Below are positions 10,767-20,225 of a stretch of DNA of 23,323 nucleotides, piece after piece; position 1 is the stretch's first letter, and each line of letters begins with the position of its first letter. The DNA is from Octopus sinensis (lineage: Eukaryota): NCBI RefSeq assembly GCF_006345805.1, contig NW_021836613.1, positions 1-23,323 on the forward strand, written 5' to 3'. A model generated the notes under the pieces. The model did not search any database. It was not told the DNA's origin and saw only the letters and a program-made list of their open reading frames with translations. A program made the position numbers and the translations under genes.

Positions 10767-10945
10767 GGGAGAGTTTACGAAAAAAAACAAAAGACGACGA
10801 CAGGTGGTGTACAAAACAAACAGATGTATTAGTATAACGCTCAGGAATAGAAAAAGTCTTTTATGTTTCGAGCCTACGCTCTTCTACAGAAAGGGATACA
10901 GAAAAAACAAAGAGAGAAAAAAATGTGTGTAGTGGCTAACGATAA
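10767..10945 (-). mobile_element. Short Penelope-like pLTR/retrozyme-type element carrying a variant hammerhead motif (10858-10893)
   Basis: The minus strand reads CTTT-CTGTAGA-A-GAGC-GTAG-GCTC-GAA-ACAT-A-AAAG; the element is embedded between (TA)n tracts. Confidence 0.55.
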
Positions 10946-10969
10946 ATATATATATATATATATATAATA

Positions 10970-11129
10970 GACTTCATTCAGTTCTCTTCAGCCAAATCAA
11001 CTCGCAAGACTTGGAATGGCCTAGGGCTATAGGAGAAGATAATTGCCTGAGCTGCAATGCAGTAGAACTGAACCCAAAGCTATGTGGTTACAAAGCAAAC
11101 TTCCTAACCACAGAGCCATTCTGGCACCT
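10970..11129 (-). mobile_element. SINE family A 5' portion, old
   Basis: aactgaacccaaagctatgtggttacaaagcaaacttcctaaccacagagcca is the diverged reverse complement of the head. Confidence 0.8.
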
Positions 11130-11362
11130 CTCCAAATACTAAAATATTTTAAAATAACCTCTCCAATAAGCCGTACATAACATATAAACTAAACATAAAG
11201 TACACAATATGAAGTGAATGTAAACAAAAGAAATAGCCATAAAGCTTCTGGACACTTGTATTGCCAGCACTTGATCAAATGAGGGCTGGTCCTTTTGACC
11301 TGAAGGTCATCTACCACATAACAACAACCAGTCATCAGCTTTTAAGTATTGCTTCAAAATCC

Positions 11363-11425
11363 TGGTGGTGGTAGTATTGGTGGTGGTGGTGGTGGTGGTG
11401 GTGGTGGTGGTGGCAGCAGCAGCAT
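11363..11425. repeat. (GGT)n/(GCA)n trinucleotide repeat
   Basis: Directly visible. Confidence 0.95.
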
Positions 11426-11714
11426 AATGCCAAATTTGCTTTTTCTTCTCTTCTTCTTCACATACCAACATTTCCTCTGCCCGGAGACCCCTATCAACCC
11501 CTATCCATGCCCCTGGATTCCTCGCAATCAAATTGAGTAGAGCAATAAATATTAGACTGACCCCCACACCACACACACACACACACACTCATCCATCTCT
11601 GCAACAACTACAACACCAACAGCAACATCATTTTCATCATAACAGCCATGAAAAGGGGAGTAGTCCGGTACAACCCCCATTACTACACTAACACATATAT
11701 CCACCTATTTCACC

Positions 11715-11723
11715 ATTATGAAC

Positions 11724-11759
<36 letters not shown>

Positions 11760-11772
11760 CACTACTTCTCCA

Positions 11773-11804
<32 letters not shown>

Positions 11805-12076
11805 CACCATAACTACTTCTCCAACTACTACTACTACCACCACCACCACCACCACTACTACTACTTTAACTACTACTACTACTACTACCACAACCACCAC
11901 CACCAACCACCACCACCACCACCACCACTACTTCTCCAACTACTACTACTACCACCACTACTACTCCAACTACTACTACTACTACTACCACCACCACCAC
12001 CACTTCTCCAACTACTACTACAACCACCACCACCACTACTACTACTTCTCCTACTACAACAACTACTACTACTACA
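11715..12076. repeat. Compound (ACT)n/(ACC)n repeat with a higher-order unit
   Basis: Directly visible; the cttctccaac motif recurs. Confidence 0.95.
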
Positions 12077-12304
12077 GTAACAAAACAACGACTGCCATGG
12101 CTGGTAGTAAATTATAATCAATGGTTTTTGACCAATCTGGTGTTGTCCAGCAATAATAACGACTGCTGAGGTAGTGTAAAGAGTTAAGTGGTCTTACACT
12201 GACCAGTTTAACTGATTGTAGAAACAGCAATTTTAGGAGTTCAGTTTAGCAATCACCATGTTAATAAATTACGACAGCTTAAAGATTATCTTCGTTTTAC
12301 AGCT

Positions 12305-12305
12305 A

Positions 12306-12378
<73 letters not shown>

Positions 12379-12410
12379 CTGTGTGTGTGACTATGTGTGT
12401 AAGAGTGTGC
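12305..12410. repeat. (TG)n microsatellite
   Basis: Directly visible. Confidence 0.97.
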
Positions 12411-12467
12411 CTGGGTTTATGCAACAATAAAATATATGTGTATGCATATAATATATTACATATGTAT

Positions 12468-12630
12468 AGGCATGGGCATGGCTGTGTGGTTAGGGAGCTT
12501 GCTTCCTAGCTACATGGTTTCAGGTTCAGTCCCACTGCGTGGCACTTTCACTATAGCCTTGAGCTGACCGAAGCTTTGTGACTGAATTCGGTAGACGGAA
12601 GTGGCTGCCATGTGTGTATGTGTGCATATA
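12468..12630 (+). mobile_element. SINE family A 5' portion
   Basis: catggctgtgtggttagggagcttgcttcc ... ggttcagtcccactgcgtggcac. Confidence 0.88.
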
Positions 12631-12706
12631 GCTGCTCAGTGCCTCTCCAAAAGAGAGAGAGGGGTGTGCATGTGTATATATACAGACACACACAGGCGCA
12701 TATATA

Positions 12707-13045
12707 TTCTTTTACTTGTTTCAGTCATTGAACAAGTGGCCATGCTGGGGCACTACTTTGAAAAATAAAGCATTCTGTATTATATATATACTCTTTTACT
12801 CGTTTCAGTCATTTGATTGTGGTCATGCTGGAGCACCGCCTTTAGTCGAGCAAATCAACCCCAGGACTTATTCTTTGGATGCCTAGAACTTATTCTGTCA
12901 GTCTCTTTTGCTGAACCGCTAGGTTACAGGTTACGTAAGCATACCACCATCGGTTGTCAAGCGATGTTGGGGAGACAAACACAGACACACAAAAAACATA
13001 CACACACATGTATATATATACATATATATATATATGTGTGTGTGT
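12707..13045 (-). mobile_element. Two SINE family A 3' portions (12707-12765 and 12790-13045)
   Basis: Both begin cttttact..gtttcagtcatt; the second runs on to cggttgtcaagcgatgttggggagacaaacacagacacac. Confidence 0.9.
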
Positions 13046-13075
13046 GTGTTAGTAAGTTTAATAACAGGGTAAAGT

Positions 13076-13414
13076 GAAGGTGCATGGCTCAGTGGTTAGA
13101 GCATCGAGCTCACAATCATGAGGTAGGGTGTTCGATTCCCAGACTAGGCTGTGTGGTGTGATCTTGAGCAAGGCACTTTATTTCACATTTGTTCCAGTTC
13201 TCTAGAAATGAGTTGCAACAGCATTGGTGACAAGCTGTATAGGCCTTTGCCTTTCCTTTCAATAGCATCAGTGGCATAGAGAAGGGAGGCTGGTATGCAT
13301 GGACAACTGCTGGTCTTCCATAAACAACCTTGCCCAGACTTGTGCATCAAAGAGGAACTTTCTAGGTGCAACCCCATGGTCATTCATAAGTGGGTCTTTA
13401 CACTTTACCCTTTT
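13076..13414 (+). mobile_element. tRNA-derived SINE family D with an 11-bp target-site duplication
   Basis: A box TGGCTCAGTGG, B-box-like TGTTCGATTCC, cttgagcaaggcacttt segment and cttta-repeat tail; aacagggtaaa flanks it at 13063-13073 and 13416-13426. Confidence 0.85.
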
Positions 13415-13499
13415 AAACAGGGTAAAACTTCTGCAGATAACATAACGAAAGTTAAGGGAGGCTTTTACTCCTTGCTTTACAATATGCCAGAGTGAATTT

Positions 13500-13718
13500 C
13501 ATCATCATCATCATCATCGCTAACGTCCGCTTTCCATGCTAGCACAGGTTGGATGGTTTGACCGGGGTCTGGGAAGCCAGGAGGCTGCACCAGGCTCCAG
13601 TCTGATCTGGCAGTGTTTCTACAGCTGGATGCCCTTCCTAACGCCAACCACTCCATGAGTGTAGTGGGTGCTTTTTATGTGCCACCAGCACAGGTACCAA
13701 GGGAGGCTGACAGTGGCA
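13500..13718 (-). mobile_element. RTE-related short retroposon
   Basis: (ATC)n + taacgtccgctttccatgctagc ... cagctggatgcccttcctaacgccaacc. Confidence 0.92.
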
Positions 13719-13996
13719 TTAAATGTTTAAGAGATTCCTAGATAGCTTTTGTCCATCTGCTTGCTCCATCCATATTTTTAGCAGACCTTATATTCATCCT
13801 GTCAGGTTTCTAGCAATCTTTCTCACCAAGCTGGATTGATATCATGGAATCCAGATACCTTGTTGCCCGATTAAGTCAATGACAAACTAATCATGCAATA
13901 GGCAACACATGCATACACAAACGTGTGCGTGTGTGTGTATGTTATTATAGTTCACCTTATAACCAGTGACAGTTATTGTAAATAATTGCTTCAATT

Positions 13997-14441
13997 GGAT
14001 CTTTTCGGTTTGAACGGCAGTTTTTCTAGCGGTGTCATATGAAATTGTCACCCATAATTATGACCCTAGTATCGATCTATTGCATTTCAATCTGTTTTAG
14101 GGTTAGGGTTAGTTACGGTTAGTTCGGGTTAAGGTTCAGGTTAGGGGTGGGGTAAGGGTATTTTTTCTTCAGAAATGTAAATAAACCCAATCTATTTCTT
14201 AAATGAGGGACATAATTATATGGCACAGAATGTTTTCACCTCAAATAGATGTCATTGATTGGTTGAAATTGCAGAAATTGAAGAAAAAAAACAACAAATA
14301 TCTTACAAACTATAGAATTTTCCCAATAAAGCCAAGAGAAAAAGATGTTTTATAAACACATTCAACCAGTATACGAAGTTTAAAAGTGCTTAGTTACGTG
14401 GAAATTATTTTTAAAAACTGCTGTTCAAACTGAATAGTTCC
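13997..14441. mobile_element. MITE / non-autonomous DNA transposon with 29-bp TIRs and an internal TTAGGG-like array
   Basis: Left TIR ggatcttttcggtttgaacggcagttttt (13997-14025) versus right TIR 14413-14441: 25/29 complementary. Superfamily not assigned. Confidence 0.88.
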
Positions 14442-14519
14442 CTTTAATTTAGTATTGTTATTTACCTGTTAAACTGATTGTTTTTTTTCCTTCATTTCTC
14501 GTCTGTCATCTAACAGGTT

Positions 14520-14810
14520 CATATGTGTGTGTTTTTGTCTTCACACACACACACACACAGAGGCATATACACATATAAATGCACAGGGACACAAACACAT
14601 GTATATATATATACACATGCATGCAAGTGTATGAAGATAGACATTCATACATATACAAACAGAGATTTGCGTGCAAAACAGAACCACACAAACATTTCAA
14701 AACTTATGGACACACACATATATATATATCCATTCATATACAAACATACATGCACACAAACACAAACACACACATACACACTCATACATAAATGTACATA
14801 TGTACCTACA
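14520..14810. repeat. Degenerate (CA)/(TA)-rich low-complexity tract
   Basis: Directly visible. Confidence 0.85.
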
Positions 14811-15427
14811 AATCATTTAACTCAATTTTAAAAAAAATCCCAGAGCTCAGCAAATTGATGAATTTGAAGAAAGAAATTGAAAACATCATTCAGTCGGAGA
14901 AAAATCAATAAATTAACGAGGTGATCAATAAGTGAAACTTATATCAACCAGGTCAATCAGGAAGTAATATTTCAATTCAATCTGATCTGATTCTTTATTT
15001 TTCCTTTCCTTTTTATATTTCACCTTTATAAATTGCCGTCATAAAAGAAACTTCCCCACCATCGAGTCAATACAGGAGCCTGTATGTGGTCAACCCTCCA
15101 ACTTGCTTGAAACAGTAGCCAAATCTCTCTGAAAACCAAAGCTATTCATCTTAAACAACAAAGACACACCTGCATAATGTTTTCCTAGATAAACTATGGC
15201 TAAAAAAAAGAAATGATGTAAGGATTATGGCTAGAATATCTTTGGTCACTGGTTGACTGAATTTGGAGTGATACTGGGATTATGTTGTTGTCACTGCAAC
15301 CACTGTCAGCAGCAGTAGCAAAGTGAATTGACATTGGCAGACTCATTAGGGCACAGGAGAATATCTCATTTGACATTTGTTCTGGCTCTCTGCCCTCTGT
15401 GTTCCAATCCCATCAAGATCAACTTCA

Positions 15428-15781
15428 TCTCTATATATATAAACGGCAAAATGTCTGCGTGTGTGTCCTTTATACAAATCCACAATTTTTCAGTTAGAGG
15501 ACTCGCACTTTCTATGGTCATTCAAAACTGTCCAAAGGTGGCCGTGCATTTTCCCAGTCACCCTGCAAAGTGATTAAAAAATCAATAGAAGTGACTTTTT
15601 TGTGAATTTTCTATCCAAAATCCAATCAAAATGCCCGAAACTTGATACGTCAATTGAATGCCAGCTAACTGTATGTGATTGGTCGGAGATTTGGACAGTA
15701 CTCGCATGTATGTGTGCATGCACGCAGCTGTATATGCATGCACTAGCACTATGACCCGGTGTTGCTGGGTCATAGTGCTAG
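15428..15781 (+). mobile_element. Non-autonomous Helitron
   Basis: 5' A|TCtctatatatataaa and 3' hairpin ending CTAG|T, i.e. canonical TC...CTAG termini between A and T with no TSD. Confidence 0.8.
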
Positions 15782-15790
15782 TCCTTTATA

Positions 15791-16223
15791 TTAGGTTGAG
15801 GAAAAAGTTTGTGTGTCATGTTAAAATAATACTTTTTTTATATATTTTTGTGGTGTGTGTATTCATTCAGTTCATGTCATGTTCACTATGTTTGTCGAAA
15901 ATGCTCTTTGTTTCAACAAGACAATGCACATCCATATACCACCAGAAAGACCAGCAAGAAGACTGAAGAATTGGACAGAGTGGAAGTTCTGCTGCATCCA
16001 GCCTATAGTCCAGACGTTGCCCCATCTGACTACGGTCTCTTCCAATCAATGCAGTACTTTATGAAAGGTCATAATTTGAGTCATTCAATGAAGTTGAAGA
16101 AGCCTGTCAAGAATTTTTCGATTCAAAGTCAAAGGATTGGTACTTTGACCAAATCCGAAAACTTGCAGCTCGTTGGCAGATGGTCGTGGAAAATGATGGT
16201 CTTTATTTTGAAGAATAGTTGTT
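15791..16223 (+). mobile_element. Internally deleted mariner element (5' TIR, short leader, transposase C-terminus; no 3' TIR seen)
   Basis: TA at 15789-15790 followed by TTAGGTTGAGGAAAAAGTT, a mariner-type terminus; the transposase remnant follows about 100 bp later. Confidence 0.85.
15893..16218 (+). pseudogene. Mariner (Tc1/mariner) transposase C-terminal fragment, one frameshift
   Basis: FQQDNAHP...HPAYSPDVAPSDYGLFQSM, with catalytic Asp codons at 15920 and 16028. After a 1-nt deletion near 16074 the frame continues FESFNEVEEACQEFFDSKSKDWYFDQIRKLAARWQMVVENDGLYFEE to TAG at 16216-16218. Confidence 0.95.
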
Positions 16224-16630
16224 CTCTTTTACTCTTTTACTTGTTTCAGTCATTTGACTGTGGCCATGCTGGAGCACCGCCTTTTAGTCGAGCAAATCGA
16301 CCCCAGGACTTATTCTTTGTAAGCCCAGTACTTATTCTATCGGTCTCTTTTGCCAAACCGCTAAGTGACGGGGACGTAAACACACCAGTATCGGTTGTCA
16401 AGCAATGCTAGGGGGACAAACACAGACACACAAACATATACACACAACACATACATATATATATACATATATACAACAGTCTTCTTTCAGTTTCTGTCTA
16501 CCAAATCCACTCACAAGGCATTGGTCGACCCGAGGCTATAGCAGAAGACATTTACCCAAGGTGCCATGCAGTGGGACTGAACCCAGAACCATGTGGTTGG
16601 TAAGCAAGCTACTTACCACACAGCCACTCT
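16224..16630 (-). mobile_element. SINE family A, full length
   Basis: Near end-to-end reverse-complement match to 4993-5396. Confidence 0.95.
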
Positions 16631-16719
16631 TTAGAATAACATTGTAAGGTAAGTGTGAGATGCCAGATCTGGCTAATTTGAACATAAAACAAGTAGAATG
16701 GCCAGTTTAAATGCTAAAA
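16631..16719 (-). mobile_element. Fragment of the piggyBac-like family seen at 8373
   Basis: The reverse complement, tttagcatttaaactggcc...ttatgttcaaattagccagatctggc, matches 8380-8460; the terminal CCC/TTAA is decayed. Confidence 0.7.
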
Positions 16720-17260
16720 TCTACTCTCTTAAAATGTTAAACTCTATTCTCTTAAATAGCATAATAATTTCACTCACTTCTCTACTAAATTAGAACATCG
16801 CTACCAAGAAAGAAAAAAATTTTAAACTTGAAGTTCTTTTGCACAAACAACCTCAGTAGAGCTTAACAAACAGCATTGGTTATTTTAATTACTACAGCAT
16901 CGTGATTCAATAACGATCTGTTATGGAAACAATGTCTGATGAACCTAGAATTAAGAATTAATACACTTTCACTATTTAATACATTAACATAATTGTTTAA
17001 CCTTAGACTTAATTAACATTCCACAATTATTTTTATCTAATTACTGAACATGCAACTCACAATTTCCTCTTAAAACCAACAATTTTATTAAGTTTCATTA
17101 AAGTGTTTTTACTGTACTTAACTTTATTACAAGTTGTTCTTTGAGCTGTTCTATGTGAACAGATTACTGGCTTACATAACCAACAATAACTATTCCAGAC
17201 TATAGAAAGCTGTACTTTAGTTTTTCAACTTCAATTTATAATGCATATTTAAATTCACAT

Positions 17261-17403
17261 TGTGGCTGTGTGGTAAGAAGTTTACTTCCCAACTATGTGG
17301 TCCTGGGTTCAATCCCACTGTGTGGTAAGTGTCTTCTACTCTAACCTTGGGCCAACCAAAGCCTTATGAATGGATTTGGCAGAGAGAAACTGAAAGAAGC
17401 CCG

Positions 17404-17407
<4 letters not shown>
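17261..17407 (+). mobile_element. SINE family A 5' half ending in (TA)n
   Basis: tgtggctgtgtggtaagaag ... gggttcaatcccactg ... aactgaaagaagcccgtc. Confidence 0.9.
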
Positions 17408-17436
<29 letters not shown>

Positions 17437-17437
<1 letters not shown>

Positions 17438-17630
17438 ATGGTTGTATACTGTCAATCTAACATGAACGTGACAGTAGGGGGGTACACCACCGCTGTATAG
17501 CCCTAGGAAGCATCGACACCTCATGATGGCTTTGACACATTTTTTCCTGTGTCCTTATATACATTTTTCCTGTGTCCTTATATACCCCCCTACTGTCACG
17601 TTCGTGTTAGATTGACAGTATACAACCATT
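17437..17630. mobile_element. MITE, 194 bp, with 48-bp TIRs
   Basis: Arms 17437-17484 and 17583-17630 are complementary at 47/48 positions; internal 23-bp tandem duplication acatttttcctgtgtccttatat. Confidence 0.9.
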
Positions 17631-17684
17631 CTATCGCCCCACCACCGTACATGTCTCTACGAGAGATTTAGAAATTTAGTATTT

Positions 17685-17723
<39 letters not shown>

Positions 17724-17761
17724 TCATCATTATTTAACAATTCTACCAGCTCACCGCCTCA

Positions 17762-17958
17762 CAATAATAATAATCCTTTCTGCTAAAGGCAAAGGGGTAA
17801 GTCGATTATATCAACCCCGTGCATAACTGGTACTTATTTAATCAAGGATGAAAGGCAAAGTCGACCTTGGTGGAATTTGAACTCAGAACATGAAGATGGA
17901 CAAAATGTCACTAAGCATTTTGCCTGGTGCAGTAACGATTCTGCCATCTCACCGACTC

Positions 17959-17960
<2 letters not shown>
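17762..17960 (-). mobile_element. SINE family E
   Basis: The reverse complement, gttctgagttcaaattccaccaaggtcgactttgcctttcatcc...taagtaccagttatgcac, matches 21255-21480. Confidence 0.88.

Positions 17961-18001
<41 letters not shown>
17960..18001. repeat. (AAT)n microsatellite
   Basis: Directly visible. Confidence 0.97.
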
Positions 18002-18004
<3 letters not shown>

Positions 18005-19174
18005 TTAACATAATATATGAATTTGATGCAATTATTCTGCAACCTTCTTCACTAAGTCCAAACAAGTGCACATGAGTGAGGAAGAGAGAGAAGGTTCAAA
18101 CCAAATAATGTCCACACCCCACACTTGGCCTGCCTTAACCCCTGCTATACAAGCAAGAAAGAAAGTGGGGTGGGGGAAAGCAATATTATTACAATATGCC
18201 CCTCCTTGAACTCTCTGGTCCCCACTCCCGCCACCTGCTTAAAAAAACAACAACAAAAAAGATTTCGAAGAAATAAAGGATTTGGAATTGGATGCTTGTG
18301 TTAATGAAATATAACTGTCTCCTTAGTGTGCACACCACCTCCGTCTACTCCATCATTTATCTGTTCCACCCACACTTCAGAGGGGTCCGGGTGGGTGGGG
18401 TGAAAAGGGGGGGACACATCTTGGTTGACGCTGATGAATACTTACAGTCACATTGTTATTTTGTTTTTTTTTGTGAAATTTATATATTTTCCTGTCCTCC
18501 TCTTTGGGAGGTGGGTGGCGGTGGTGGTGGTGTAGTGTTGTGTAGATAATTCCTTACCCCACCTCTGCTGCTGCCCTGCCCCACCTCACCCCACCCCACC
18601 CGCTGTCCCCCTGGGAAGGATAACTCCAATCAGTTCTTGAACAAGAAAGGGATGAAGTAGCGTCTTACCCCCTGCAAAGAACTATGACCCACCACCACAC
18701 AACCACCCTATAACCCTCTCCCCTCTTCTCCAGATGCCCCCCCCGCCACACACCACACCTACTTCCAGTTACCCAGCGAAAAAAAAAAGAAATACAGTCA
18801 ATATTATCTTAACATTGTCCGTATCATGCAGCATCATGCTGCATCACATTGCACCACAGACACCACCCCCACTTGGCACCAACACGTCACCACAACCGTC
18901 TTTGCCACCATCGTCACCATCACCACTGGAACGACCACCATGGATAAATCCTAAGCCACTGTAAACAACTATAACCATCACTTCTACCACCACCACCACC
19001 ACTAACAGCAACAATAATTCTGTCACTGCCACAACTTCCACAAATTTCACTTACATCACATCATTACTGCTACCACCATCACCACCACCACCACCACCAC
19101 CACCATTGTCATCACCATCAACATCAGCACTCCACTGCCTAACTACCCCCATTTCTACTCAAGCCACAAGCCAA

Positions 19175-19385
19175 CACTGGGGCCTATAAGTGGCCATTAG
19201 ACCTACTGGAAATAACATCTTGAATCACACCCTGTCATCTTTAAAAAAAAAAAAGTAGGGAAGATACATTAAAAAATTGTAATAGTATTTAATGGAATAG
19301 GATGGTCATGGTTGGAATGCCTTTGATCACAGGATCACAGGTCTACTCAAAGACAACTGATCTAAGATTAAATAACAACAAACAA
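19175..19385 (+). mobile_element. Unclassified interspersed repeat; weakly similar copy at ~15060-15260
   Basis: Shared order of motifs (ct.tcatctt.aa, then ggat..t.atgg.t.gaat..ctttg.tcac); judged by eye only. Confidence 0.45.
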
Positions 19386-19397
19386 GGGGGATATATA

Positions 19398-19849
19398 TCT
19401 ATACATATAAAGCTGAAGTTTTCTCTGTGTGTGTGTGTGTGTGTGTGGCAGGTTTGGTAGCCTTCAACTAACACTATCTCCTCCAAGACCCTGCAGCGCA
19501 AGTTGACCAAAATTAAGAGTATGATAGAAGAAAGCTTGCTCTTCATTCCGTAGAAGGAAAAATTCAAATCAGATCATGTTAAGACCAAAAATTATTTACA
19601 TCAAAAAGGTGCTTTTTTTCTATAACAATCCCTATTTTTTACCATTTTTTGACTGCTGTGTTGTCATTACGGTGTATTTCAACCAGAAAAATGCTCACTT
19701 AAAGAGAATAACAAGCTATATAATGGAAAATTTTTACTTTTCAAAAAAAGTTTGAAACTATGTCAAAATTTTGTTAACACAACATCAAAGTCTGCTGTTT
19801 TAAGCACAACTAAAAAACAAACCCGAGCAATGCCGGGCTATACTGCTAG
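19398..19849 (+). mobile_element. Non-autonomous Helitron
   Basis: 5' A|TCtatacatataaa; subterminal hairpin cccgagcaatgccggg (19822-19837) followed about 8 nt later by CTAG|T. Confidence 0.85.
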
Positions 19850-19870
19850 TATATATATATATATATATAT

Positions 19871-20066
19871 TGATAGAAATGGCAACACAACAAAAGAATG
19901 AAAGAGACCTCGATATTATGCAAATAGAGGAATCTATCTGTAAATATAATATGTGACAATTATTTGGTAGTCATGATAAAACTTCGAGTTTCGGATGTTG
20001 GGGCATCCAAAACTCAGAGTTTTATCATGGCTACCGAATAATTGTCACATATTATATTTACAGATA
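19871..20066. repeat. Interspersed element ending in a fold-back palindrome (arms 19935-19997 and 20004-20066, spacer TTGGGG)
   Basis: 63-bp arms with 5 mismatches; embedded in (TA)n on both sides. Confidence 0.93.
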
Positions 20067-20225
20067 TATAATATATATATATATATATATAATATATATA
20101 TATATAATATGTAAAGATAATATCCAAGGATCTAGGCATACAAAGTTAGTAAGCTCTGAATCAGGTAGCAAGAAAATATATGTAGCCTGGATTTTACCTG
20201 CTCCATTCCCTATATATATATATAT

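Noticed and set aside
11420-11536. Protein-like peptide TFPLPGDPYQPLSMPLDSSQSN on the + strand
   Set aside because: Short, no credible acceptor or start, flanked by simple repeats.
13735-13800. Minus-strand RWTKAI as an RTE ORF2 C-terminal remnant
   Set aside because: A single short motif followed by a stop; not enough to support a call.
14097-14158. True telomere or chromosome-end signal
   Set aside because: Only about two perfect TTAGGG units, internal to a TIR element.
15848-16411. 187-aa ORF as an intact transposase gene
   Set aside because: Chimeric: it lacks the N-terminus and first catalytic Asp, leaves the transposase frame near 16074 and runs into an antisense SINE.
18734-18964. 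Pro-rich ORF behind a pyrimidine-rich AG acceptor
   Set aside because: Composition is explained by decayed (CAC)n repeats; no homology recognised and no partner exon.
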